From contig JAEOTX010000052.1 of assembly GCA_016839605.1 (NCBI GenBank), positions 1 through 10,492 on the forward strand: 10,492 bases of DNA, in the 5' to 3' direction. Under the pieces are notes generated by a model. The model was not told the origin of the DNA. It did not search any database and saw only the letters and a program-made list of their open reading frames with translations. A program made the position numbers and the translations under genes. The stretch is from Candidatus Thorarchaeota archaeon. GTDB taxonomy: Archaea > Asgardarchaeota > Thorarchaeia > Thorarchaeales > Thorarchaeaceae. This document shows positions 1 to 6,658 of the stretch, piece by piece. The first letter of the stretch is position 1; every line of letters starts with the position of its first letter.

Positions 1-1886
1 GACATGAGATGATATACATCCTCATTCGGCATTCTGGAGAAGACAATCAGCATCTTTCCAACTTCATCAATCATGACTAATGATGTAGGAGTATACTCAA
101 GGAACGCGGTTGCGAGAGCATACACACTTCCAGGCGCTCCTTGAACAACAGTGAATAACGAAACAAGACCGGGCTCATCTGGCTGATAAACAAGATTCAG
201 GATATTCTTATCCTTGAACTGTGACAGAACCGATTTGATTTTGTTCCTAGTCAGACCCCAATAGTCCATGAGTTTCTTGTCCTCAAGATCAGCCAAGTAA
301 ATAGTTCTCGCAGCGGCGTCAAGTACCTTGGCCTCATTCTGATCAATTTGATGTATTTGTGTTCCTTTCCATTTTCCATAACGTGATCTAAGTTTACGCA
401 TTGTACCCTTTCTTGAAATGGACTCCACAATCTTGTCTGTAGAAGTCTTCCATCCCTTATTGGTGTCAAAGAGACCGTGATTAGCAACCCGAGCGGACCA
501 AGCAACATCCATCACGTTGGGTAGCACTCTTCGGACTCGTTCTGCAGAATGCGGCGGCATTTGCATGACCTGGAGGTAAGGAGGAGGGGGACTCTCTCCC
601 AACTCTCCCAGTCTCGTGATCCAGGCCATGTGTTTATGAGGCCACCTGTGCGCCGATCCAAAATACGCCATTGTATGAAGGCCGATTGCGTGTGTCTTGA
701 TATGCGCACGTAGCTGCACACCGGAACATAACAGAGCAAATCGGTTAATCCATGCCTTTGTACTGCGTTTTGCTTTTGACCTACTTACAGGCAGCGAATT
801 GGCAACCTTGTCAGAGTGATCGAGATCAACAATGAACTTCCTTACACGACCATACCAACTTGGAAACAATGCACATACTTTGTCCCAGAATAACAACCAC
901 GGTGTCTTCTCAGCCAGTGTGGGTGATGGTCGATCTGGGAGTTCCAGTTGTCTTTTCTCTGCTAAATTCATGAGTCGAACATATTGTGGGGGCTCTACGC
1001 CATCGATTACACACTGAATATGCCCCATGATGAGCGCTCTTAGAGTTGGAGTGGCGTTTAGTCCCCCAAAGAAATCCACAGGATCAACTTTGGGAATCTC
1101 TCGCTTCGTAGTCCAAACGAGAAATGCCATCAGTTCCTCGCGAACATCTGATGGAAATGATAAAGGAATCAAGGGTTCCAATGACTCCCGCATGTCACTA
1201 CCGATTTGCAAATCTGGTATTACAACACCCTTTGTCAGTTCCACAATCTCTTCCCAAGGAGGTGGCGATCCTTTAAGCATCCGCAGTGCATTTTCTCTCG
1301 CTCTTTCAGGATCTTCTTGACCGAAGTATCTGTTCATAGACCTATTTAGCTCCCATTCCTCCTGTAGTTCCAGGACCCCACCCTCATAATTCTGAATCAT
1401 ATGGCTTTCATAAATCGTGTCCGAATTGCTATCAGAAATCGTCAGCCAATAATTCTGGTTGTTCCTTACTGGCTGGACTGTGAAGATTGCCTCCTCTTCG
1501 CCGCCTAGGACTCTGCCATACCATCCTCCAGTAGAAGGGGGCCAAAATGGATCGGGCATTTGTCCCATCCCTCGTGAGTAAGGTTTCCGCGCTATAAGCT
1601 TCGGTCTGAGTGATACTTCGGTTTTCTGGTCGAGTGGGTCCACCTGACTTCTTCCATCCTCGCCTACAACAATTGAAACCCTTGTAGTGAAATATTCGTC
1701 CGACGAACCAGCATGGATTACTTCACCAGTAATTGATCTTATCAACACCTCATCTGATGATATTACTAGTTCACTTCTCTCACCTGAACTGCTGAAGACA
1801 GGCAGGCTTGTGAACCTAGTCCACTCTCTCAACCAGCTACACACTCTTCCCAAGTCAGACTTTGGGTCGAATATTAGATTATCCAT
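1..1886 (-). CDS. Large hypothetical protein (>628 aa, 3' end outside the window), with a possible wHTH plus Lrp/AsnC-like region near the window edge
   Basis: Manual translation gives an uninterrupted frame from ATG at 1886 (MDNLIFDPKSDLGRVCSWLREWTRF...) to the window edge (...MLIVFSRMPNEDVYHLM). The nearest upstream in-frame stop is at ~1944-1946. It is absent from the ORF track because it has no stop in the window. The late segment EAKVLDAAARTIYLADLEDKKLMDYWGLTRNKIKSVLSQFKDKNILNLVYQP resembles a wHTH; that domain call is inference. Confidence 0.85.
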   Translation of the reverse strand, partial: MDNLIFDPKSDLGRVCSWLREWTRFTSLPVFSSSGERSELVISSDEVLIRSITGEVIHAGSSDEYFTTRVSIVVGEDGRSQVDPLDQKTEVSLRPKLIARKPYSRGMGQMPDPFWPPSTGGWYGRVLGGEEEAIFTVQPVRNNQNYWLTISDSNSDTIYESHMIQNYEGGVLELQEEWELNRSMNRYFGQEDPERARENALRMLKGSPPPWEEIVELTKGVVIPDLQIGSDMRESLEPLIPLSFPSDVREELMAFLVWTTKREIPKVDPVDFFGGLNATPTLRALIMGHIQCVIDGVEPPQYVRLMNLAEKRQLELPDRPSPTLAEKTPWLLFWDKVCALFPSWYGRVRKFIVDLDHSDKVANSLPVSRSKAKRSTKAWINRFALLCSGVQLRAHIKTHAIGLHTMAYFGSAHRWPHKHMAWITRLGELGESPPPPYLQVMQMPPHSAERVRRVLPNVMDVAWSARVANHGLFDTNKGWKTSTDKIVESISRKGTMRKLRSRYGKWKGTQIHQIDQNEAKVLDAAARTIYLADLEDKKLMDYWGLTRNKIKSVLSQFKDKNILNLVYQPDEPGLVSLFTVVQGAPGSVYALATAFLEYTPTSLVMIDEVGKMLIVFSRMPNEDVYHLM

Positions 1887-2202
1887 GCATGTACTGCATA
1901 CTGCTTCAGCGGAAATGTGGGACGAGAGCAGTGAATCTATATTTCAATGCCCAACTATTTTGCTACCATGGTTCAGGGCTAAATGGTCGGCCTGGATGCT
2001 TTGAGTTCATTTTATTGCTCACCTACACGGGATTGTTCTGAAGCATCGAACGTTAACTTCCGATAGGCGAATTGTACAGACAGTCTACTATGAATTGACG
2101 AAAATTTGCATCTGAGGGCCTTATGGAGGCATATTTCTGAGTGGCCTTTATTACACCCACTAGGAGAATGACTTGTTTGCCGTGCAACAAAAAAGACGCA
2201 GC

Positions 2203-3072
2203 CTAAGAACCGTCTTTACCTGTGCTGATTCTTCTCAATTTATGCAATGGCAGCTTAATTCTTCCAGTGGTATGCAATACTGCTAGCGCAGAAAATGTGA
2301 AAAATGACCCCAAAAGCATAACCGCTACAACTGCATCAAAGACTACAAACCATGGTGCCGCACCCTCCAGAGTTGCTGTGAAATAATCTGTACTGGAGGT
2401 ATATGTCACGCTATCTGAATCTAGAAGAATGGCTTCCCTAGGTTCAAGCTCATTGTTGTACTTCTCTAGTCTCACTTGGACTTCCTCTTCCGAAACGAGA
2501 ATCTCGGAACCATCTTCCATCACAAAAATGAGTCCTGAGAAGACGAAAGTGCCTCCGAACTCAGAGATATGTGATGCAGCAGCATCATCATCAATAGTGA
2601 TTGTTATCGCTGCCAATTGACCATCCCCAATTGTATCATTGAGCATGAACATCGGAGAAATCGGAAGTAAATCATGCGGGTACCCTGCACTGTCACGCCA
2701 TTTTGGATAGAATGCAATATAATCTGCAATTACGCTGCTAACCACTGGTCGTCCTAACATAGTCTTCCCATAATAGAATCCCACAAGGGCGTACATGTTA
2801 TGTTGGCTGTAGTATGGGTCACTTGCTGTATTTGGTGTCTGCTGTGAGTGTATGTATGTGACTTTGAATGTAGCACGCATTAAGAATATCTCTACTCCGT
2901 CCTCGAGTCGGAATGTCAGTCTATAACCGAACTCGTCTATAGTCCTTCTACTCAAAGCCGGGATTAGATTGTGATTGCGATTGCCAGCAGCATGAGCCGC
3001 GGGGAGCATGATCCCTGGAATCACCATTAGCATGATGAATGCCAACGTCAAAGGACGTGCTATCCGAGCCAT
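2203..3072 (-). CDS. Hypothetical single-pass membrane/surface protein (signal peptide plus C-terminal TM anchor), ~289 aa
   Basis: From the likely start at 3072: basic N-region MARIAR, hydrophobic stretch PLTLAFIMLMVIPGIMLP and an AHA-A cleavage-like site. The C-terminus has a hydrophobic helix (WFVVFDAVVAVMLLGSFFTFSALAVL) and a basic tail (RIKLPLHKLRR). An alternative start lies at 3111. Confidence 0.8.
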   Translation of the reverse strand: MARIARPLTLAFIMLMVIPGIMLPAAHAAGNRNHNLIPALSRRTIDEFGYRLTFRLEDGVEIFLMRATFKVTYIHSQQTPNTASDPYYSQHNMYALVGFYYGKTMLGRPVVSSVIADYIAFYPKWRDSAGYPHDLLPISPMFMLNDTIGDGQLAAITITIDDDAAASHISEFGGTFVFSGLIFVMEDGSEILVSEEEVQVRLEKYNNELEPREAILLDSDSVTYTSSTDYFTATLEGAAPWFVVFDAVVAVMLLGSFFTFSALAVLHTTGRIKLPLHKLRRISTGKDGS

Positions 3073-3176
3073 GATAACGAATCTACTCCAACATTGGAAA
3101 GGACTACCCATAGCTAAAAAGTGGTTGTTATCTGAGCAATTATGGTAAAAGGAAAAAACTAGCAGTACCCAATTGA

Positions 3177-3192
3177 CGAAAGGTTCTTAACA
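3177..3192 (+). promoter_or_regulatory. Putative archaeal BRE/TATA promoter of tRNA-Trp
   Basis: CGAAAGG followed by TTCTTAA, with the TATA-like part about 28-33 nt upstream of the mature tRNA 5' end. This fits a BRE-TATA arrangement with a short leader. Confidence 0.55.
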
Positions 3193-3217
3193 CGTTCTAG
3201 CTCATGACCCTCGATTC

Positions 3218-3355
3218 GGGGCGGTGGCCTAGTCCGGTATGGCGACGGGCTCCAGATCTAGGCGCATTTCGCGTCTGAACAGCGGGGTCAATACGCTGAC
3301 CGTCGTCGTAGAAGATACTCGTCGATCGTGGGTTCGAATCCCACTCGCCCCACCA
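3218..3355 (+). tRNA. trnW: tRNA-Trp (CCA) with a 61-nt intron at canonical position 37/38 and an encoded 3' CCA
   Basis: Acceptor stem GGGGCGG (3218-3224) / TCGCCCC (3345-3351). D arm GCC..GGC. Anticodon stem ACGGG (3245-3249) / CTCGT (3318-3322), loop CT-CCA-G|A with anticodon at 3252-3254. T arm GTGGG-TTCGAAT-CCCAC. Discriminator A plus CCA at 3352-3355. Confidence 0.95.
3256..3316 (+). other. tRNA-Trp intron (relaxed bulge-helix-bulge junction; two CTGA box D-like motifs)
   Basis: Removing 3256-3316 restores a 7-nt anticodon loop. The central helix CUCC/GAAG has one mismatch. CTGA occurs at 3275-3278 and 3296-3299. Confidence 0.85.
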
Positions 3356-3508
3356 ATATCTCCTTACCCAATCCTTGGCTGCTGCACCAAGCATTTGAGA
3401 AATATATTCAGCTTCGAGTCTATTTCAGATTGGTCCATTCATCTTGTGTAAGAGTGTCTAATTCTAATGAGCATAATAGTGAGTAGCCATACGAGTTTAT
3501 GGTTGACG

Positions 3509-4837
3509 ATGGTGTATGAATCAAAAGATGATGATAACAAGCGCGAATACATTCATGACATTCTCCCGAACAGAGGACGTCAAGTAAGCCATCATCAATA
3601 TCAATACCACCTTCGCACATCTTTCAGTTCAATCAACAAAAAAGAGCAAATCTGTCCTAATCTCATTACAGCATATAGTCAACAGTTTTTCTATTTCAAA
3701 TCCCCAAAGGAATTGATAAAGCGTCTGCGAGATACATGCGAGAACCTTGGAATTGACGGGAATGACATCCTTCTACGTCTTAATGAATTGCTGAAAGAGA
3801 TGCAATCAAAGAGAACTATGTTTGCAGGCAATGAGGCCAACCCAATTAATCCAAGAAATGGAAGAATCAAAGGTGAATCTTTAGGGTTTATCATGGAATT
3901 GTTGGGTGAGTCAATTCAGGATCTAGAAGGGGAAATTAGTAGAATTACTGGCGTGAATGGTCAGGGAGGCCTTCTAGAGCCTCGGTTTCCGGATGAGAAC
4001 CAGCTACTTGTTGTCCTGACAAGATTATATTCAGCCATGGCTAGTGATGGCCACATAAGAAATGAGTCAGGGAAAGGAGAGTATTACGACCCCAAAATCA
4101 GCAGAATTGAGAGGGTAATTGAGAATCTGAATGAACTTGGTCAAATCAAATCCAGAATCATTGAGAAAACAAGAGGAATGTATAGACTTCACATACCTAG
4201 TGTTGTCGGATCTCTACTACTTCTGATTGGCTTTCCTATAGGGGACCGTACTATGCAGAATAAGGGACTCTCTCCATTCATTGTTGAAGGGCCATCAGAG
4301 GTTCTGATTGCATATCTAGAAGAAATGGTGCCGGAAGAAGGATGTTTCAATAATACAACTGGGATATCTTGGAATAGGACACATTGCATCTATGGTCCTG
4401 GAAAAGCTGGGAAAAAGTATGAGCAACCTTCGTTATCCAAAGAGCAAGCAGATTACATCAAGAAAATTGCATCTGATACTGGTGATACAAAAGATAGGAA
4501 GACTCTACCTTGGAGCGAGCTCGTTTTGAAGGCTGAAGATGGTAATGAAATAGCAAAGAGTATAGCGGACTTCGTGAATAACAATCCAAATCAGCTAATC
4601 AAGGATGAGGTAAGAATTGCAGGACGTTTGGGGATCGAAGTTGATGAGGGACCTTATCGTTTAAGGTACTACAAGAAAACAGGAAGAATCACATTTGTTA
4701 CATCCGCCAGGACTAAGAGCTTTGATGATGCGGAGAGATGGGGTCAGATTTGCCCTCCAAATGATGTAGAGAAAAGGAAGAAGATGCTGAATTGGCTAGC
4801 AGGACGAAAAGGCATAGTGAGTGCTTCAACAGATTAG
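3509..4837 (+). CDS. Free-standing LAGLIDADG-like (double-motif, intein-endonuclease-like) protein, ~442 aa
   Basis: Motif 1 is RLYSAMASDGHI (4022-4057). Motif 2 is AYLEEMVPEEGCF (4310-4348), about 97 codons later. Motif 2 is preceded by GFPIGDRTMQNKGLSPFIVEGPSEV, which resembles the 'G-K...IP-I...AFL-G...DG' linker of intein LAGLIDADG domains. No Hint/splicing motifs are visible. The start is 3509 (MVYESK) or 3467. Confidence 0.7.
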   Translation: MVYESKDDDNKREYIHDILPNRGRQVSHHQYQYHLRTSFSSINKKEQICPNLITAYSQQFFYFKSPKELIKRLRDTCENLGIDGNDILLRLNELLKEMQSKRTMFAGNEANPINPRNGRIKGESLGFIMELLGESIQDLEGEISRITGVNGQGGLLEPRFPDENQLLVVLTRLYSAMASDGHIRNESGKGEYYDPKISRIERVIENLNELGQIKSRIIEKTRGMYRLHIPSVVGSLLLLIGFPIGDRTMQNKGLSPFIVEGPSEVLIAYLEEMVPEEGCFNNTTGISWNRTHCIYGPGKAGKKYEQPSLSKEQADYIKKIASDTGDTKDRKTLPWSELVLKAEDGNEIAKSIADFVNNNPNQLIKDEVRIAGRLGIEVDEGPYRLRYYKKTGRITFVTSARTKSFDDAERWGQICPPNDVEKRKKMLNWLAGRKGIVSASTD

Positions 4838-4862
4838 GAATCCTACCCCATCCGCCCCACCA
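4838..4862 (+). repeat. Second copy of the tRNA-Trp 3' end (attR-like remnant)
   Basis: GAAT-CCTAC-CCCAT-CCGCCCC-ACCA versus the tRNA's GAAT-CCCAC-TCGCCCC-ACCA. It starts immediately after the ORF's TAG stop (4835-4837). Confidence 0.8.
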
Positions 4863-4867
4863 TTTTT
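4863..4867 (+). terminator. Oligo-T tract, putative archaeal terminator (plausibly the original tRNA terminator)
   Basis: TTTTT directly follows the CCA of the downstream copy. No T-tract follows the upstream copy. Confidence 0.5.
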
Positions 4868-4891
4868 AGTCCTGCAGCGAGCAGTCGAGAG

Positions 4892-4899
4892 TATAATAA
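4892..4899 (+). promoter_or_regulatory. Putative TATA box for a leaderless rnhB transcript
   Basis: TATAATAA ends about 24 nt before the ATG at 4923 and has purine-rich GAGAG upstream. Confidence 0.4.
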
Positions 4900-4922
4900 G
4901 CAAGATAGAATGGTCACATAAC

Positions 4923-5612
4923 ATGAGCAGCAAGGGGGACATCTTGGAAGGAGTAGCCGGGGTCGATGAAGCGGGCCGAGGACCAATGATAGGGCCCCTC
5001 GTTGTTGCTGGTGTCTTAATCCAAGAAGTTGAACTGGCGAAGCTTGAAGCCAGCGGAGTAAAGGACTCCAAGACACTCACCCCAAAACGGAGGGGCATAT
5101 TGGCAGAAGTGATTACCGGACTTGTTGACAAGATTGAGATACGAACTGTGACAGCAGCCGAGATTGACCGACTCAGAGGTAGAGGTATTTCTCTCAACGA
5201 GATTGAGGTTCAGCAGTTCGTTTCAGTACTTTCAAAACTTAATCCAAAGACCGCTTTTCTTGATGCAGCAGATGTCAAAGCAGAGAGATTTGGGGACACT
5301 ATTGGAGACCGGAGTGGACTTACCGCGCTTGGATGCAAAATCATCTCAGAACACAAAGCAGATTCAAAGTTCCCAATCGTGTCAGCCGCATCAATTATTG
5401 CCAAAGAGGAGCGAGAGCGCATTGTTTCACGTCTGCACCGGAAATATGGGGACTTTGGTTCTGGTTATCCCTCAGATCCCAAGTCCATAGATTTCATCCG
5501 TTCACTAATCGAAGACGGAGCAAAGGTACCGTCAATCGTGAGACAGAGCTGGGAATCTGTCAGAAGACTTCAGAATGACGCAGATACAACACAACAGACG
5601 CTTGATGTCTAA
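4923..5612 (+). CDS. rnhB: Ribonuclease HII
   Basis: Motifs GVDEAGRGPMIGPLVVAG, GVKDSK, LDAADV, EHKAD..PIVSAASIIAK..R and DFGSGYPSDP. The C-terminal QQTLDV resembles a PIP box. The likely start is ATG 4923 (MSSKGDIL), not GTG 4821. Confidence 0.97.
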   Translation: MSSKGDILEGVAGVDEAGRGPMIGPLVVAGVLIQEVELAKLEASGVKDSKTLTPKRRGILAEVITGLVDKIEIRTVTAAEIDRLRGRGISLNEIEVQQFVSVLSKLNPKTAFLDAADVKAERFGDTIGDRSGLTALGCKIISEHKADSKFPIVSAASIIAKEERERIVSRLHRKYGDFGSGYPSDPKSIDFIRSLIEDGAKVPSIVRQSWESVRRLQNDADTTQQTLDV

Positions 5613-5616
5613 CAGG

Positions 5617-6576
5617 TCATTCCGACCGTTCATTGATTATCTTTTTCAGTTCACGAGGTTCGTCTATCTCCTCAAGCTCCAACTGTCTGATAACCGGCAG
5701 GTCTGAAACGGCCTCTTCGGTCTTGCCCTCTTCTACAATGATTACTGCATCTGACTCTGTGACCTCAGAAACGCTCTTGAGAATATCCACTCGCTTTTTC
5801 AGAGCCCGGCTCCTGATTGAACCAACACCTGACATCAAGGGTGGGCCGACTTCTTTTGCGATTATGTGGAATGGAGCTCTATCAGTCCACATTACGCTCA
5901 TCTCCAGCTTCTCAAAGAAGTCGTTAACTCGTTGGGCAAGGTCCACATTTTCTATAGGCGCTTTTGTCTGAGGCTGATCCTTAGGAATTGCTACAGAACT
6001 TAGCAAATCCACAGGAATTATGAGGTCTGTTTCCAGTTCCCTCTCAAGTTTCTCGGCTGCCTCAACACTGACTGCCATCTCATTCTTCTCATAAGCCAAG
6101 ACCGCCCTGGCCGACACCTGAATACAGTCAGCCAGCTCCTCCTGGGTCATGTTCAGGGAAAGTCGAACTTCCTTCAGTTTCTCACCATCTATTGATACGA
6201 ACCGCCCTCCGCGTTGAATAAACTCTCGGGGCTGCTGCTCTTCAACAATCATACTCTCAAAACTATGAGGTGCAATGGTTGGAACACCATACCTCCTGTA
6301 TAACACGCCGTCGTCAAGAGCCCCTCTCCGTGTAGTCCTACCCACAATCAGTGGTATGGCATCGAAAAACTGGGCTACGAGCTGCAATACGATGGCATCA
6401 TCCTTCTTGAACGCATCAATATTAGCAAGTGTCTTGACCAGGATAATCTTGTCACCCCTTCGGGCAACCATGTCAAAACAGCTTGGCCTGACGTCACACT
6501 GCGATGAGATATCGAACCCAGCCTTCACTAGATGTGATGTGACCTCTTGTATTAGCTGAGTTCGTGCTTTGGTCAT
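5617..6576 (-). CDS. Archaeal Cro/C1-type HTH transcriptional regulator (COG1395-like)
   Basis: N-terminal RPSCFDMVARR..IILVK..NID and GVLYRRYGVP, then RGGRFVSIDGEKLKEVR..LNMTQEELADCIQVSARAVLAYEK (XRE HTH), and C-terminal DRAPF. Confidence 0.9.
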   Translation of the reverse strand: MTKARTQLIQEVTSHLVKAGFDISSQCDVRPSCFDMVARRGDKIILVKTLANIDAFKKDDAIVLQLVAQFFDAIPLIVGRTTRRGALDDGVLYRRYGVPTIAPHSFESMIVEEQQPREFIQRGGRFVSIDGEKLKEVRLSLNMTQEELADCIQVSARAVLAYEKNEMAVSVEAAEKLERELETDLIIPVDLLSSVAIPKDQPQTKAPIENVDLAQRVNDFFEKLEMSVMWTDRAPFHIIAKEVGPPLMSGVGSIRSRALKKRVDILKSVSEVTESDAVIIVEEGKTEEAVSDLPVIRQLELEEIDEPRELKKIINERSE

Positions 6577-6658
6577 TGTTTGGACCTAAGGTTTCATCTG
6601 CCTTTGAAGGTTTTTAGCAATTGCTGATTGTGAAAAAACTCGGTAGTGGAGATACTTC

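Larger units (their letters stand above)
3336..4862 (+). mobile_element. Candidate tRNA-Trp-inserted single-gene cassette bounded by a duplicated tRNA 3' end
   Basis: CCCACTCGCCCCACCA (3340-3355) recurs as CCCATCCGCCCCACCA (4847-4862), 14/16 identical with the last 10 nt exact. Only one long ORF lies between the copies. The interior is more AT-rich than rnhB in spot counts of 60-nt lines (30% and 40% GC versus 50%). Confidence 0.7.

Noticed and set aside
251-2004. Short ORFs 251-508, 512-739, 832-1017, 1027-1320 and 1687-2004
   Set aside because: They are alternative-frame or antisense shadows of the long minus-strand ORF starting at 1886.
2093-3181. 11-bp direct repeat AATTGACGAAA at 2093-2103 and 3171-3181 flanking the membrane-protein gene
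   Set aside because: Several 11-mer repeats are expected by chance in 10 kb, and nothing else suggests a mobile element there.
3197-3451. ORFs 3197-3394 (-) and 3239-3451 (+)
   Set aside because: They overlap the tRNA gene and are spurious translations.
3340-4846. The whole 1.5-kb cassette as a giant endonuclease-encoding tRNA intron in the T-loop
   Set aside because: The distal 3' end could pair with the 5' half, but I could not build a bulge-helix-bulge across the junctions, and the proximal copy already completes the tRNA.
4821-4922. 34-aa N-terminal extension of RNase HII in the ORF track
   Set aside because: It overlaps the upstream ORF's end, the tRNA-end repeat, the T-tract and a TATA-like box. 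ATG 4923 gives a normal-length enzyme.
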